DNA of 64,000 nucleotides from an uncultured Phycisphaerales bacterium (lineage in GTDB: Bacteria > Planctomycetota > Phycisphaerae > Sedimentisphaerales > Anaerobacaceae), in assembly GCA_963718665.1 (NCBI GenBank), contig OY970359.1:1248001-1312000 (forward strand), given 5' to 3'. A model generated the notes under the pieces. It was not told the DNA's origin, did not search any database, and saw nothing but the letters and a program-made list of their open reading frames with translations. Every line of letters starts with the position of its first letter. Position 1 is the first letter of the stretch. A program made the translations under genes and the position numbers. Below are positions 39,985-51,306 of this stretch, one piece after another.

Positions 39985-42431
39985 TGGCCTGTTGAGAAGG
40001 CGACGACCGCCTTTGTTTTATTTGTCTCGGTTGTGGTAATTTCATATTGCCTGCCTGTGTCGCCGACGCTGTAAACGGTAGCGGCGACAATGGCCTTGTC
40101 ATTAAGCTTTTCGCCTTCTTTATGGATTCTGTCTTCGACCTGCTGCCTGTTGAGCTTTGCGCCTTCGACGAGGTTGATTTGGACACTGGTTCCGCCCGTG
40201 AATTCGATGTCATATTTGCTGTTTTTAGAATCGTCCCTGGCAAAGAAGAGTGTTACGCCGCCGATTGTTAAAATGGCGGAAATGGTGAGGAACACCGGGA
40301 GGGCTTTCATCCAGTCGATATTTGGTTTGCGCACGAGGTGCAGGAACACAAGGTGGTCCTTGATGATTTTCTTTTTCAGGAGCCAGTCGAAAATTACGCG
40401 AGTTACGAACAGCGAGGTGAACAAGCTCGATGAAAGACCGAGGATAAGGGTAATGGCAAAGCCCTTGATTTCCTCAGAGGCAACCCAGTAGAGGATTGCA
40501 GCGGTCATAATCGTTGTTACGTTGGAGTCGAAAATAGCGCTAAACGCCCTTTCGTAGCCGTTTTTGATGGCTATCGCCAGCGAAGAACCTTTGTTCTGCT
40601 CCTCACGAATTCTTTCGAAGATAAGGACGTTGGCATCGACGGCCATACCGATGGTTAGGATGACGCCTGCGATGCCGGGCAGAGTAAAGGTTGCGCTGAT
40701 ACCTGCCATAATAGCAAGCAGGAACAGGATGTTAAGGAGAAGCGCGATATCGGCGATGCAGCCGCCGATGGTATAGTAAACGAGCATAAAGAGGATTACG
40801 CACACCAGACCTACTACTCCGGATTTCAACCCCTTCTGGAGGTTATCAGCACCGATGGAGGGGCCGATGGTTTTGACGGAGATGGGCTGCTCGATGAGAC
40901 GGGCAGGCAGTGAGCCGGCGTTGAGCTTTGTGACCAAATCCTCAACCTGGGTCTGCGTGAAGGTGCCCATAATCTGACCGTTAGTATAAATCCTGGAGTT
41001 GATGTTAGGCGCGGAGATTGCCACATTATCGAGGACAATGCAGAGCGGCCTGTCGATATTTTTCCCTGTTACGGTAGAGAAGAGTTTTCCGCCGCGTTCA
41101 TCAAGCTCGAAATCGACGGCTCTTCTTCCCTGCTGGTCCTGGCCGGGGGAGGCCTTGACAAGTTTCCAGTCCCTCTGGCCGGCGTGGAGCATAACCTCGT
41201 CTTTATTTTTTCTGTTGCTGGCAAGGACATAGGTTTTGTCGCCGAACTGTGCGATGACTTCCTTCCTGCCCGACTTCCACTCGGCTGGATTTTCGATTTC
41301 GAGCCAGACATACTGGTCGTCGAGAGGATATTTAGGTCCTTTTGTTTTGAGGGTTTCGACGTATGCGTTCATCTGGGCGGAATCGACTTCGGGGTGGTCG
41401 AGGGTCGGGAGAATTCTAAATTCGAGAATACCAGCGCCTTTGAGCATTCGCTGGAGGTCGCTGGGGTCGTCGAGTCGGCCCCTGAAGGGGAAATAGGCGC
41501 TGTAAGTTTTTGCGACCTTGTCAATCTTGTCGGTTAATTCAGGGAATTCCTTTTTGAGAATCTCAACCGCCCTTTTGCTTTTGGCGGAACCGGGCGAGCC
41601 GGTTTCGAGTGCGGAAGTAACCTGGTCATTAGACAAATTCAGCTTATGGAGTGTCTGTTTGGCCTCCTCATATTGACTGTTGACGCCGGTTTTAGGGGTA
41701 GTAAGGCGGTCAGCCACGTCGGCCCATTTGGCACAGATTTCGGTGTAGCGAGTAAGCAGGTCAAGATTGCCGTCGGAGCCGAGGTAATCGAGGATGGCCT
41801 GTTTTCTTTTGTCACCCTTGAGTTTGACCCATTCAATAACCTGAATTTTAATATCGTCGAGCTTAAGGCCCGCGAGCTTAATTAAGCTTTCGGGCGTAGC
41901 CATCTGGTTTGCGAGGTCATCTCTTTGCTGCTGGAGGGCTTTCCGCTCATCGAAGACCTTTGCGAAGTCGTTGAGGATTTGTGCCCTGTCGTTGGAATCG
42001 CGGGCGAATTTTTCGAAGTCCTTTGCTCGCAGCTCCGCGGGTTTGGCAACGGAGCGTATAATGGCGGTCTGGGTAACATTTCCCGTCAAAAGATCGCTGA
42101 GGGCGGTTTCGTATTGCGTTCTTTTTTCCCTGGCCTCCGCGCTGGCGAGCGGCATCTGGATTTCAAATCTTGTGCTGCCCTGTGGTCTCCAGACGAGGTT
42201 TTGTATATTGGCGGGGTCAATACGGCGTCTCAGAACGGTGATTACCCTTTCTGAGAGGCCTCTTTTCTCGTCGGAGCTGAGGCCTTTTGCGTCGATTTCG
42301 TAAATCAAGCTTGTTCCGCCGCCGAGGTCGATGCCCGGCTTGAGTGTTTTGCTCGGCGGGTAGAGTGTCCAGACCGCGAGGATGATCAAAGCAACAATTA
42401 ATACGATTTTCCACGTTAAATTCTTACCCAT
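39858..42431 (-). CDS. secD: SecD plus the start of SecF (SecDF fusion broken by a 1-nt frameshift)
   Basis: GIDLGGG, AGSLP, GMAVDANVLIFERIREE, followed by SecF TM1 and IEFTGG. Confidence 0.92.
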   Translation of the reverse strand: MGKNLTWKIVLIVALIILAVWTLYPPSKTLKPGIDLGGGTSLIYEIDAKGLSSDEKRGLSERVITVLRRRIDPANIQNLVWRPQGSTRFEIQMPLASAEAREKRTQYETALSDLLTGNVTQTAIIRSVAKPAELRAKDFEKFARDSNDRAQILNDFAKVFDERKALQQQRDDLANQMATPESLIKLAGLKLDDIKIQVIEWVKLKGDKRKQAILDYLGSDGNLDLLTRYTEICAKWADVADRLTTPKTGVNSQYEEAKQTLHKLNLSNDQVTSALETGSPGSAKSKRAVEILKKEFPELTDKIDKVAKTYSAYFPFRGRLDDPSDLQRMLKGAGILEFRILPTLDHPEVDSAQMNAYVETLKTKGPKYPLDDQYVWLEIENPAEWKSGRKEVIAQFGDKTYVLASNRKNKDEVMLHAGQRDWKLVKASPGQDQQGRRAVDFELDERGGKLFSTVTGKNIDRPLCIVLDNVAISAPNINSRIYTNGQIMGTFTQTQVEDLVTKLNAGSLPARLIEQPISVKTIGPSIGADNLQKGLKSGVVGLVCVILFMLVYYTIGGCIADIALLLNILFLLAIMAGISATFTLPGIAGVILTIGMAVDANVLIFERIREEQNKGSSLAIAIKNGYERAFSAIFDSNVTTIMTAAILYWVASEEIKGFAITLILGLSSSLFTSLFVTRVIFDWLLKKKIIKDHLVFLHLVRKPNIDWMKALPVFLTISAILTIGGVTLFFARDDSKNSKYDIEFTGGTSVQINLVEGAKLNRQQVEDRIHKEGEKLNDKAIVAATVYSVGDTGRQYEITTTETNKTKAVVAFSTGQWTVESVAAAVKKAASAQQAEMPHLVVAPKSRVRPLPSAQAS

Positions 42432-42456
42432 ATCAAATCCTTGTTATATCCGGCTT

Positions 42457-42879
42457 TTATTGTCCTTCGTTCGAAAGGTTTTTCCCGATGGCGGAAGCCG
42501 CCACTTTGATTTTGGTATTGTTCGACTCATCGACCTTGAGGGTGACTTCGTCGCCTTTGACGTCAACGACGATGCCGATGATGCCGCCTATGGTCCTGAC
42601 TTTATCGTTCTTTTTGAGGGATTGAATCATCTGCTGCTGCTGTCGCTGGCGTTTTTTTGGCTCACGGAACATAATAAAGTACAAAATCACAAAAATGCCG
42701 ACGATGAAAATAAGCTGCATAATCGATGAGGAGTTCCCAGTCGATGCGGGCCGCGAGGTATTGGGGTCGTGAGGGGCGACAGTCCCGGCTGTGGTCTGAT
42801 TCTGGGTCACCGGTTCAGCGGAGACCTCCGACTGGCCTTTGGTTTCGACCGCCTGTGCCATTATCCACAAATTTTCCAT
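42457..42879 (-). CDS. yajC: Preprotein translocase subunit YajC
   Basis: TM helix, then LKKNDKVRTIGGIIG; upstream of secDF. Confidence 0.93.
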   Translation of the reverse strand: MENLWIMAQAVETKGQSEVSAEPVTQNQTTAGTVAPHDPNTSRPASTGNSSSIMQLIFIVGIFVILYFIMFREPKKRQRQQQQMIQSLKKNDKVRTIGGIIGIVVDVKGDEVTLKVDESNNTKIKVAASAIGKNLSNEGQ

Positions 42880-43095
42880 ATTTGTTATCCTTGCAAAGAT
42901 TTACGCTAACCAATAAGGTAAACGGGGAATCATAACGCATCAGCGGAAAATAATCAACATCGAAGATTTGGCCTGAAGGCGAAAGTTTTTGACAGTTTTG
43001 GTTAAGGTGGTATAATTTAAGGGTTTACAGCGTGGTATGACGATATATCCTGGTAAGTCATTGTTTTTCGAGTTTGATTATACGGGGAAAACAGG

Positions 43096-44073
43096 ATGTC
43101 CAAAAGAAGGGACGTTCAAAGCGTAATACTGGCAACGATAGCCGGCCTGGCGTTATTGCCGGCCTGGGGTTGCGCAAACCGACAACAGGCGGTGGCATTA
43201 TACGTTGACGCGGTTGAACTGCGTGAGCTGAACGACAACGATAAGGCGATTGACAAGCTCAACCAGGCAGCAAAGGCCGACGAGCGGTTCTCGCTGGCGC
43301 ATTCGCTATTGGGGGAGATTTACGAGCAGAAGCAGGAATATCAGAAGAGCGCGGCGGCGTATGGCACTGCGACCCGGCTGAACCCGTGGTCATTCAGGGA
43401 TTATTTCAGCTTGGGGCGGGTTTACCAGACGATGAAAGAGTTTACGCAGGCGGTGAAGGCGTACCGCAGGGCGTGCGAGCTTAAGCCCAACAATTTTGAG
43501 GCAAATCTCAAAACCGCCCAGTGCCTTTACGAGGTAAACGACTACAACCAGGCGATTGTGTACGGCAAGAGAGCGGAACGTATAGACCCGAACGCCGAGG
43601 AGCTTCACCAGCTTTTAGGCAATATATACGATTCGCAGAAGAATTATGAGCAGGCGGTGCGGTCGTACAAGCGTGCGATGGAGATGGACAGCAACGACCC
43701 CGGGGTAATGATGTCTCTGGCGATAGCGTATCTGCGGACCAAGCGCATTGAGCCGGCGAAAGAATTGTTCACGGCGGTGACGCAGATGCAGCCGGCGAAT
43801 AGTCCGGCGTATCAGTATATCGGTTACTGCTATCTGCAATTGAACGACGTAAACCAGGCAATCGATAATTACAGGCAGGCGATAAAAATCAACAACCATG
43901 ACTGGGAGGCGTACCGCGGACTTGGTGTGGCATATATGACCAAGGCGAAGGCGGAAAACGACGCGGAGCTGAAGGCACAGGCGGTGGAGCTGTGGCGGCA
44001 GTCATTGAGTATCAAGCCGGACCAGCCGAGGCAAGACCGGCTTATCAAACTGATAGAGAAATACTCGAAGTAA
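43096..44073 (+). CDS. Tetratricopeptide-repeat lipoprotein
   Basis: Lipobox AWGC; multiple TPR motifs. Confidence 0.88.
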   Translation: MSKRRDVQSVILATIAGLALLPAWGCANRQQAVALYVDAVELRELNDNDKAIDKLNQAAKADERFSLAHSLLGEIYEQKQEYQKSAAAYGTATRLNPWSFRDYFSLGRVYQTMKEFTQAVKAYRRACELKPNNFEANLKTAQCLYEVNDYNQAIVYGKRAERIDPNAEELHQLLGNIYDSQKNYEQAVRSYKRAMEMDSNDPGVMMSLAIAYLRTKRIEPAKELFTAVTQMQPANSPAYQYIGYCYLQLNDVNQAIDNYRQAIKINNHDWEAYRGLGVAYMTKAKAENDAELKAQAVELWRQSLSIKPDQPRQDRLIKLIEKYSK

Positions 44074-44093
44074 CAGCAGAGGACGGAAACCAG

Positions 44094-44651
44094 ATGACAA
44101 ATGACAGAGAACCGAAGATACCGTCTTCCGTCCTCGGTCCTCCGTTTCCCGGGATCCGTCATATTATCTTCTGGTCAATCTTCGGGGGCGGTCTGGCATT
44201 CGACCTCTGGACTAAAAAAGCGGTGTTTGCCTGGCTTGGAAATGTGCAGGGGCAGGGCATAGCAATAATAGACGGTTTCCTGCAGCTGCAATTAGCCATC
44301 AACCCGGGGGCGGCATTCGGAATAGCAGGCGGACACCGGGCGATGCTGGTGTCGGTATCGGCGGTTGCGCTGATAATGATTATAGCGGTATTTATGTTCG
44401 CGCTGAAGGAAGGGAAAATTGTTGTTGTCGCGCTGGCCTTGTTCGCAGCCGGGATATCGGGGAATCTTTACGACCGGGCGTTCAACGAGGGATTTGTGCG
44501 GGATTTTATTGATGTTGTGTATTGGCGCGGGAGGCACTGGCCTGCGTTTAACGTGGCGGATTCAATGCTTTGCACGGCTGTGGGGCTGTTGATTATCTCA
44601 AGCTTACTCAGCCCGAAATCTTGTCAAACACCTGCTCATCCACAAAAATAG
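44094..44651 (+). CDS. lspA: Lipoprotein signal peptidase II
   Basis: DLWTK, NPGAAFG, GNLYDR, VRDFI, PAFNVADS. Confidence 0.93.
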   Translation: MTNDREPKIPSSVLGPPFPGIRHIIFWSIFGGGLAFDLWTKKAVFAWLGNVQGQGIAIIDGFLQLQLAINPGAAFGIAGGHRAMLVSVSAVALIMIIAVFMFALKEGKIVVVALALFAAGISGNLYDRAFNEGFVRDFIDVVYWRGRHWPAFNVADSMLCTAVGLLIISSLLSPKSCQTPAHPQK

Positions 44652-45003
44652 GCGCACCGGAGGCGGCGCCGAGGGCAATCGCATCGGACGGGCGGGAATC
44701 AACCTCGACAATTTTGCCGTTCAAGCTGAGGACTATCCTTGAGTAGAAGGTGTGGTTGCGGATGTCGTTGATAATTATTCTTTCGACGCGGGCGCCAAGG
44801 GATGTAATTATGTTGTCGAGCAGGTCGTGGGTCATAGGCCTGGGGGGCTGAATGCCTTTTAGCCGGCGGTCGATGGCAAAAATTTCGACGATGCCGATGA
44901 CAATGGGGAAACTACGCTGGCCATAGCGTTCCTTGAGAACGATTATCTGCTGGTCGGATGACTCGTTTATGATTATTTTCGAAAGTTCGACTTCGATTTC
45001 CAT
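44608..45003 (-). CDS. Bifunctional nuclease family protein (DUF151)
   Basis: PIVIG, PRPMTHDL, DSRPSDAIAL. Confidence 0.92.
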   Translation of the reverse strand: MEIEVELSKIIINESSDQQIIVLKERYGQRSFPIVIGIVEIFAIDRRLKGIQPPRPMTHDLLDNIITSLGARVERIIINDIRNHTFYSRIVLSLNGKIVEVDSRPSDAIALGAASGAPIFVDEQVFDKISG

Positions 45004-45014
45004 CCTGCCCCCCT

Positions 45015-48000
45015 TTAATCATTCAATTCGGCCAGGTGTTTTTCGATGGCCTTCAACTGCTCGGTATATTCAGCGAGTTTTTCTTTTGTCTGGGCGACGA
45101 CTTCCGGTTTTGCCCTCGCTATGAAGTTTTCGTTGGCAAGTTTGGCTTCGACGCCTTTTTTCACGCCTTCGATTTGCTCTTTCTGTTTGGTCAGGCGTTT
45201 TCGCTCGGCTTCGATATCTATCGCGTCGTGGACGTAAATCTGCATCTGGCTTGATATTGACGCGGCGGCGTTTTTGGGCTTCGGTGCCGACTGCGACGCG
45301 CTGAATTCTTTGAGATTCGCAATCTGGCAGAGAAGGCCCGCGTCGGCGTTCAGGATTCCTGAAATATCGTTTGGCGCGTTGACGGAGACGACGAGTTTCG
45401 AGGAAGGAGGAATGTTGCATTTGCTTCTTATGTCACGGACGGAGCGGACAACTGTCTGGATATTGTCAATTTGCTGCTCAATCTGCTCATTTATCAGGGC
45501 GTCGATTCGCTTTGGCCAGTCGGCTACGACTAATGCTTTAGCGCCGTTTAATTCCGCGATTCCTTTAAGGCCTCGCGTCGGGGCGATTTCGTTTAGTTTC
45601 TGAAAGATGCCCTCGGTGATGAACGGCACAAAGGGGTGCAACAGTCGAAGCGTCTGGTCAAGAACGAAAGCAAGAACGTTCTGGGCAATCGGTTTTTGAG
45701 CAGAATCGAACCCGCCTAAAGGCGAGGCGGACATTCTCGGCTTTGCCCATTCGAGATACCAATCGCAGAAGTCGTTCCAGAAGAATTTGTAAATCGCGTT
45801 TAATGGTTCATTATATTTGAAGGCGTCAAGACCATCGGTAACTTCGGCGATAGTTCTCGCCAGACGCGATAGAACCCATTTGTCGGTTACCGCCAGTTTG
45901 GTTTTGTCGAAGAGAGCGTGGTCAGTGCCTTCGAGGTTCATCATCGCGAAACGCGAGGCGTTCCAGAGTTTGTTGCAGAAATTTCTGCCAACATCCAATT
46001 TGGGCGATGTGTTTTCGACCCTGCCATCGGGCAGCGTCATTTGCGCGACGGGCATTCGGATATCCTGCGTGTCGGTGGTCATACTGGCCAGGGTAAACCG
46101 CATCGCGTCTGCGCCGTGGCTGTTGATTGCGACTAAGGGGTCGATGCCGTTGCCTAAGCTTTTGGACATCTTTCGGCCTTCACCATCCTGTATCATCGCG
46201 TGGATATACACGTCTTTGAAAGGTATGTCGCCTGCGCAGTATTGGCCCATCATAACCATTCGTGACACCCAAAGTGTGATTATTTCCCTCGCTGTGCAAA
46301 GAACACTACCCGGATAAAACTTGTTCAGCATTTCGTTCTTATCGTCTTCCTTCTCATCTCCTGTCCAACCCAGTGTGCTGAATGGCCATAGCGCCGAACT
46401 GAACCACGTATCAAGAACGTCAGTATCGCGTTGCCAACCTTCATTTTTCAATCTTTTTTCAATATCTTCATTTTCAAGAGCAACGCAAGCATAAACAACT
46501 AAACCATCATCTGAGCTGGTAGATACGAAAACCACTTTTTTGTGGTATTCTTTACCATACTGTTTTTCAATATCACTTTCTAAACGTCCACCACCTTCAA
46601 CTATAGACCAGACCGGTATTTGGTGCCCCCACCAGAGTTGGCGGGAAATGGGCCAGTCGCGGAGGTTTTCGAGCCAGGTTTGATATGTTTTGGCGTAACG
46701 TTCGGGGATGAATTTCAGTCGGCCATCCAAAAGCGGCTTCAAAGCAAGACCCGCCAATGAATTGACAGGCACATCGGTTCCATCAATCATCCCTTTACCA
46801 ATTTTTTTCGCGAGATGTTCAATTGGTTTTTTGACCGCGATATACCACTGGTCGGAAAGATATGGCTCGATGGGGACGTGGCTTCGGTAGCTGTGGCCTA
46901 CTTCGTGGGCATAGGGCCTGACTTCTTCTAAAAGTTTTTCTTTCCTGAACCATTCGACGATTGCCTCGCGTGCTTCGAAGCGGTCCATACCGATGAGGTT
47001 TTCAACGTCGGGGTTTTTGACTTGCTCCCAGTCAGCCCAGCCGTGCTTATGGCTTATCGATGCATCAGGCGCCATCACATTAAGAAAAACATATTGTTCA
47101 GGGTCTCCAGTATAGTTATCTGGAACTACTGCTTCAGCAATCTCATCATAATGTCGTTCGCCAATCGCCCAGTCATCAAGGTCGTGGGCAGGGGTAACTT
47201 TCAGGAAGCCGGTTGAGAACTTGGCTTTTTCGTCTTCGCTGTTTGGGTTTGGCAAAACGACGTGCTCATCGGCGATTATGGGGATGATTCTGCCTACGAT
47301 TGGCAGCTTTATTTTTTTGCCAACGAGGGCTTTTGCTCGCGGGTCGTTTGGGTTCATCGCGACAGCGGTATCGCCCAGCATCGTTTCCGGCCGGGTCGTT
47401 GCCACCGTTACAAACTTAATGAGTTTACCCTCAACAACAATCGGCTCATCGAGCGGATACTGCAAATACCAAAAATACCCCTGGATTGTCTCATGCTCGA
47501 CTTCATCATCTGCAAGCACGGTTTGCGTGGCCGGGTCCCAATTGACGAGACGTTTGCCTCTATATATTAAGCCATCTTTGAAGAGATTGAAGAACGTTGC
47601 CCTGACGGCTTTGGCACAGGTTTCGTCCATTGTGAATCTTGTCCGCTGCCAGTCGCAGGAGCAGCCCATTGCCTTTAGCTGGTCGATGATTCTTCGTTCA
47701 TATTCATCCTTCCAGGCCTGAACACGGGCGACGAATTCGTCGCGTTTGAAATCGGTGCGTTTTTTGCCCTCTTCGGCGAGGATTCTTTTTTCGACGACGG
47801 TTTGCGTCGCGATGCCGGCGTGGTCTGTGCCGGGCATCCAGAGGGTATTGAGGCCCAGCATCCTGTGATAGCGGATGAGGATATCCTGAAGGGTGTTATT
47901 CAGCGCGTGGCCTAGGTGCAGCGCGGCGGTAACATTGGGCGGGGGTATGACGATGGTGTAGGGTTTTCGCTTTGCGGAATCCGGCTCGGCGTGGAAATAA

Positions 48001-48077
48001 TTGCCCGTTGCCCAGATTTGCTCTGCCTGCTGTTCGGTGTTTTTAGGTTCGTAAACCTTGCTCAATTCTTCAGCCAT
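45015..48077 (-). CDS. valS: Valine--tRNA ligase
   Basis: PPPNVT, HLGH, DHAGIATQ, ISRQLWWGH, KMSKS, C-terminal coiled coil. Confidence 0.97.
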   Translation of the reverse strand: MAEELSKVYEPKNTEQQAEQIWATGNYFHAEPDSAKRKPYTIVIPPPNVTAALHLGHALNNTLQDILIRYHRMLGLNTLWMPGTDHAGIATQTVVEKRILAEEGKKRTDFKRDEFVARVQAWKDEYERRIIDQLKAMGCSCDWQRTRFTMDETCAKAVRATFFNLFKDGLIYRGKRLVNWDPATQTVLADDEVEHETIQGYFWYLQYPLDEPIVVEGKLIKFVTVATTRPETMLGDTAVAMNPNDPRAKALVGKKIKLPIVGRIIPIIADEHVVLPNPNSEDEKAKFSTGFLKVTPAHDLDDWAIGERHYDEIAEAVVPDNYTGDPEQYVFLNVMAPDASISHKHGWADWEQVKNPDVENLIGMDRFEAREAIVEWFRKEKLLEEVRPYAHEVGHSYRSHVPIEPYLSDQWYIAVKKPIEHLAKKIGKGMIDGTDVPVNSLAGLALKPLLDGRLKFIPERYAKTYQTWLENLRDWPISRQLWWGHQIPVWSIVEGGGRLESDIEKQYGKEYHKKVVFVSTSSDDGLVVYACVALENEDIEKRLKNEGWQRDTDVLDTWFSSALWPFSTLGWTGDEKEDDKNEMLNKFYPGSVLCTAREIITLWVSRMVMMGQYCAGDIPFKDVYIHAMIQDGEGRKMSKSLGNGIDPLVAINSHGADAMRFTLASMTTDTQDIRMPVAQMTLPDGRVENTSPKLDVGRNFCNKLWNASRFAMMNLEGTDHALFDKTKLAVTDKWVLSRLARTIAEVTDGLDAFKYNEPLNAIYKFFWNDFCDWYLEWAKPRMSASPLGGFDSAQKPIAQNVLAFVLDQTLRLLHPFVPFITEGIFQKLNEIAPTRGLKGIAELNGAKALVVADWPKRIDALINEQIEQQIDNIQTVVRSVRDIRSKCNIPPSSKLVVSVNAPNDISGILNADAGLLCQIANLKEFSASQSAPKPKNAAASISSQMQIYVHDAIDIEAERKRLTKQKEQIEGVKKGVEAKLANENFIARAKPEVVAQTKEKLAEYTEQLKAIEKHLAELND

Positions 48078-48104
48078 ATAGCGCCCAAAAGATGCCCGTG
48101 AAAT

Positions 48105-48137
48105 AAAAAATTCCGGCAGGCGCTTACCTGCCGGAAT
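48105..48137 (-). terminator. Intrinsic terminator-like hairpin between rho and valS
   Basis: ATTCCGGCAGG-taagcg-CCTGCCGGAAT followed by TTTTT on the minus strand. Confidence 0.7.
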
Positions 48138-48178
48138 CTAATTTTAATCAAACAACCTTGTAATGTAAAGCAAAGCTG

Positions 48179-49669
48179 TTAATCGATGTTCATAGTCATA
48201 AGGAATTCGGCGTTTGTTCTGCACTTTGTCAGCCGGCTTTTGAGCAGCTCGACGGCCTCGACGTGGTTCATTTCGCTGAGCACACGTCTGAGACGATAAG
48301 TCAGTTCCAGTTCCTTGGGAGCAAGCAGCAATTCTTCTCTTCGGGTTCCGCTTCTGCTGATATCGATAGCGGGATAAACACGGCGGTCAACGAGCTTCCT
48401 GTCCAAGTGCAGTTCCATATTGCCGGTGGCCTTGAATTCCTCGAAGATGACTTCGTCCATTTTGGAGCCGGTGTCGATGAGGGCGGTTGCAAATATGGTG
48501 AGTGAGCCGCCCTCCTCGACTTTTCGTGCTGCGCCGAAGAATTTTTTGGGCATCTGCATTGCGCTTGCGTCAACGCCGCCGGTGAGGATTTTGCCCGAGT
48601 GGGGCATTTCGGAGTTGTAGGCGCGTGCAAGACGCGTGATTGAGTCGAGGAGAATGACCACATCGTGGCCGTATTCGACCATACGTTTGGCTTTTTCGAT
48701 GACGATTTCGGCGACCTGGCAATGGCGTGCCGCCGGCTCATCGAAGGTCGAGCTTATGACCTCGACATCGGGGGCGGTTTTGCGTTCCATTTCGGTTACT
48801 TCTTCCGGCCGCTCGTCAATCAAAAGCACAATCAATTTGATTTGGGGGTTATTGGTTGATATGGCATTGGCCATTTTCTGGAGCAGGACGGTTTTGCCTG
48901 TTCTTGGCGGTGCGACGATGAGGCCTCGCTGTCCCTTGCCGACAGGCGTGACCATATCGATAATTCGCATATTAAGCTCATCCGGGGTTGTTTCGAGAAT
49001 CAGCCGTTCGAGAGGATGCAAAGGCGTGAGGTCGCTGAAGACGGTTTTTTCGGCAAGCCGGTCCGGGTCTTCGAAGTTGATGGCCTCGACGCGAAGCAGG
49101 GCGAAGTATTTTTCGGAATCCTTTGGCGGACGAATCTGCCCTGAGACGGTGTTGCCTGTTCGCAGGCCGAAGCGTCGTATCTGGGAAGGCGAGACGTAAA
49201 TATCATCTGGACTCGACAGGTAGTTGTAGTCGGGGTTACGCAGGAAGCCGTAGCCGTCGGGGAGGACTTCAAGGACGCCCTCGCCGTACATAAGGCCGTT
49301 CTGGCGGATGCGTTCCTTGAGGATTCGGAAGATAAGCTCCTGCTTCTTGAGGGCGGTATAGTCGGTGATGCCGTCCTTCTTGGCCATTTCGTGCAACTCG
49401 GAGACGCTGAGCCGCTGGAGGTCCGTCAGGTAGAGTTGTCCTTTCTTTACCCGTTCGTATTTTTCGTGAGTCGATTCCTCTTCGGTCTTCTTTGTCTCTG
49501 TCCCGTTGGTCTCATCGACGACCTGGACGGCGGCCTGCGGCTCGTTATTGACCACGGGCTGCGCCTGAGGTTCGACCTGTTCTGCCTGTACCTGTTCGGA
49601 CTGCTCGATGACCTCTGCCTCGTCCTGACCCCGTTTTTTCCTTTTGCCCTTTGGGCTGCCCTTACTCAT
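48179..49669 (-). CDS. rho: Transcription termination factor Rho with an N-terminal extension
   Basis: [34 protein letters not shown]. Confidence 0.98.
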   Translation of the reverse strand: MSKGSPKGKRKKRGQDEAEVIEQSEQVQAEQVEPQAQPVVNNEPQAAVQVVDETNGTETKKTEEESTHEKYERVKKGQLYLTDLQRLSVSELHEMAKKDGITDYTALKKQELIFRILKERIRQNGLMYGEGVLEVLPDGYGFLRNPDYNYLSSPDDIYVSPSQIRRFGLRTGNTVSGQIRPPKDSEKYFALLRVEAINFEDPDRLAEKTVFSDLTPLHPLERLILETTPDELNMRIIDMVTPVGKGQRGLIVAPPRTGKTVLLQKMANAISTNNPQIKLIVLLIDERPEEVTEMERKTAPDVEVISSTFDEPAARHCQVAEIVIEKAKRMVEYGHDVVILLDSITRLARAYNSEMPHSGKILTGGVDASAMQMPKKFFGAARKVEEGGSLTIFATALIDTGSKMDEVIFEEFKATGNMELHLDRKLVDRRVYPAIDISRSGTRREELLLAPKELELTYRLRRVLSEMNHVEAVELLKSRLTKCRTNAEFLMTMNID

Positions 49670-50002
49670 ATTAGCTCCTAATCATCTGCCAAAAACCACG
49701 TTACAAGCGACGTTATCCCGCTTTTAACCCTGCGGGTTCGTTAATTCTGAATTTATACCGCCTCAATTGTTCTATCCTGCGTCCTATCAGCACATTTTAT
49801 CCGGGGAGGCGTTTCGGGTAATGCTCGATATTTCACGGATGCCCGGCAGCCGGTTTTTGACCATGATGTCGATACATAGCTGATTTTTCAGACCCCAGCA
49901 CAGAACTTTACTGCGCTGAGCGTGGCTGAATTGGTATTTAAGGCGTTATGTCAGTATCCCCAAACCGGGCACGCTAATCCAAAGTATCGCGCTAAACCGC
50001 AC

Positions 50003-50620
50003 TTACCCTTTATCCATAATGGTTGAGAAAATATTAGCGATTTGTTTGGACAAGCCCGATAAGTCGGAATTGTTATCGACGATATTATCGGCGATACGTT
50101 TCTTTTTGTCCAGAGAAATCTGAAGATTTTCACGAATTTTTAGCTGGTCGGCCTCAAAAACACCCGTTTTTTTGGCCCTTTCAAGGCGTGTAGGGGGTGC
50201 GCAATCGACAAAAATGATGTGGTCGCAACGCTTTTCCCAGCCAACTTCGACCAAAAGAGGTATATCGAGGGCGATTGCCCTAACGGCGGACCGGGAATCA
50301 CACTGTGCTATCAACTCTTCGACGCGAGCCATAACGAGGGGGTGCAGTATGCCCGTGAGGGTGACCAGTTTTGCGGGGTCGCCGAAGACCCTGTTTGCCA
50401 GGGCGGACCGGCTGATTTTGCCTTTGTCATCGAGAATCTCTTTGCCGAATACGCGGACGATTTTTTTGAGAACGTCTTTTTCATCGAGGATTTGATGACA
50501 TATTGAGTCGGCATCGATAACAGCGCACCCAAGTTTTGCCAGCTCGGCCGCTACGGTGCTCTTGCCGGAATACATTCCGCCCAGGATGCCAATCACAGGT
50601 TTTTTTCCGCGTTTGTCCAC
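50003..50620 (-). CDS. coaE: Dephospho-CoA kinase
   Basis: GGMYSGKST, IDAD, ILHP, DIPLL. Confidence 0.93.
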   Translation of the reverse strand: MDKRGKKPVIGILGGMYSGKSTVAAELAKLGCAVIDADSICHQILDEKDVLKKIVRVFGKEILDDKGKISRSALANRVFGDPAKLVTLTGILHPLVMARVEELIAQCDSRSAVRAIALDIPLLVEVGWEKRCDHIIFVDCAPPTRLERAKKTGVFEADQLKIRENLQISLDKKKRIADNIVDNNSDLSGLSKQIANIFSTIMDKG

Positions 50621-50892
50621 AGAAACCGTAATTTATAATTTATCCGCGGAATAGTCAAGTGATTTTGAACAGGCGAAAAATTTTTCGATAAAAATTCCTT
50701 GTCGCGTCGAAGTCGTTATAGTATAGTTACTTGCAGTTACTCGGCTTATTTGCCGCGACAACGTTTAAAGAGGATTTGCAGAGGCAAACAATGGTACCCG
50801 AATGGTCAGAAGGCGGGTTAGGGTCAGGCAGTGGTTTTCCGGTGACAAGGGATTTAATTTGCCGCATGCTGTTCGTTGAAGCGAGGTAACAT

Positions 50893-51204
<312 letters not shown>

Positions 51205-51306
51205 ATCTCGATACTCGACGCTCGATACTCGATTGGCAAGAACCGAGCGGCGAATAATAAATTTGAAAAGCGTACTTGCGTTATAGTTGTTAAAGTGGGG
51301 CGGTAT

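Noticed and set aside
42861..42869. Perfect DnaA box TTATCCACA
   Set aside because: Single copy inside the yajC coding sequence; not a cluster.
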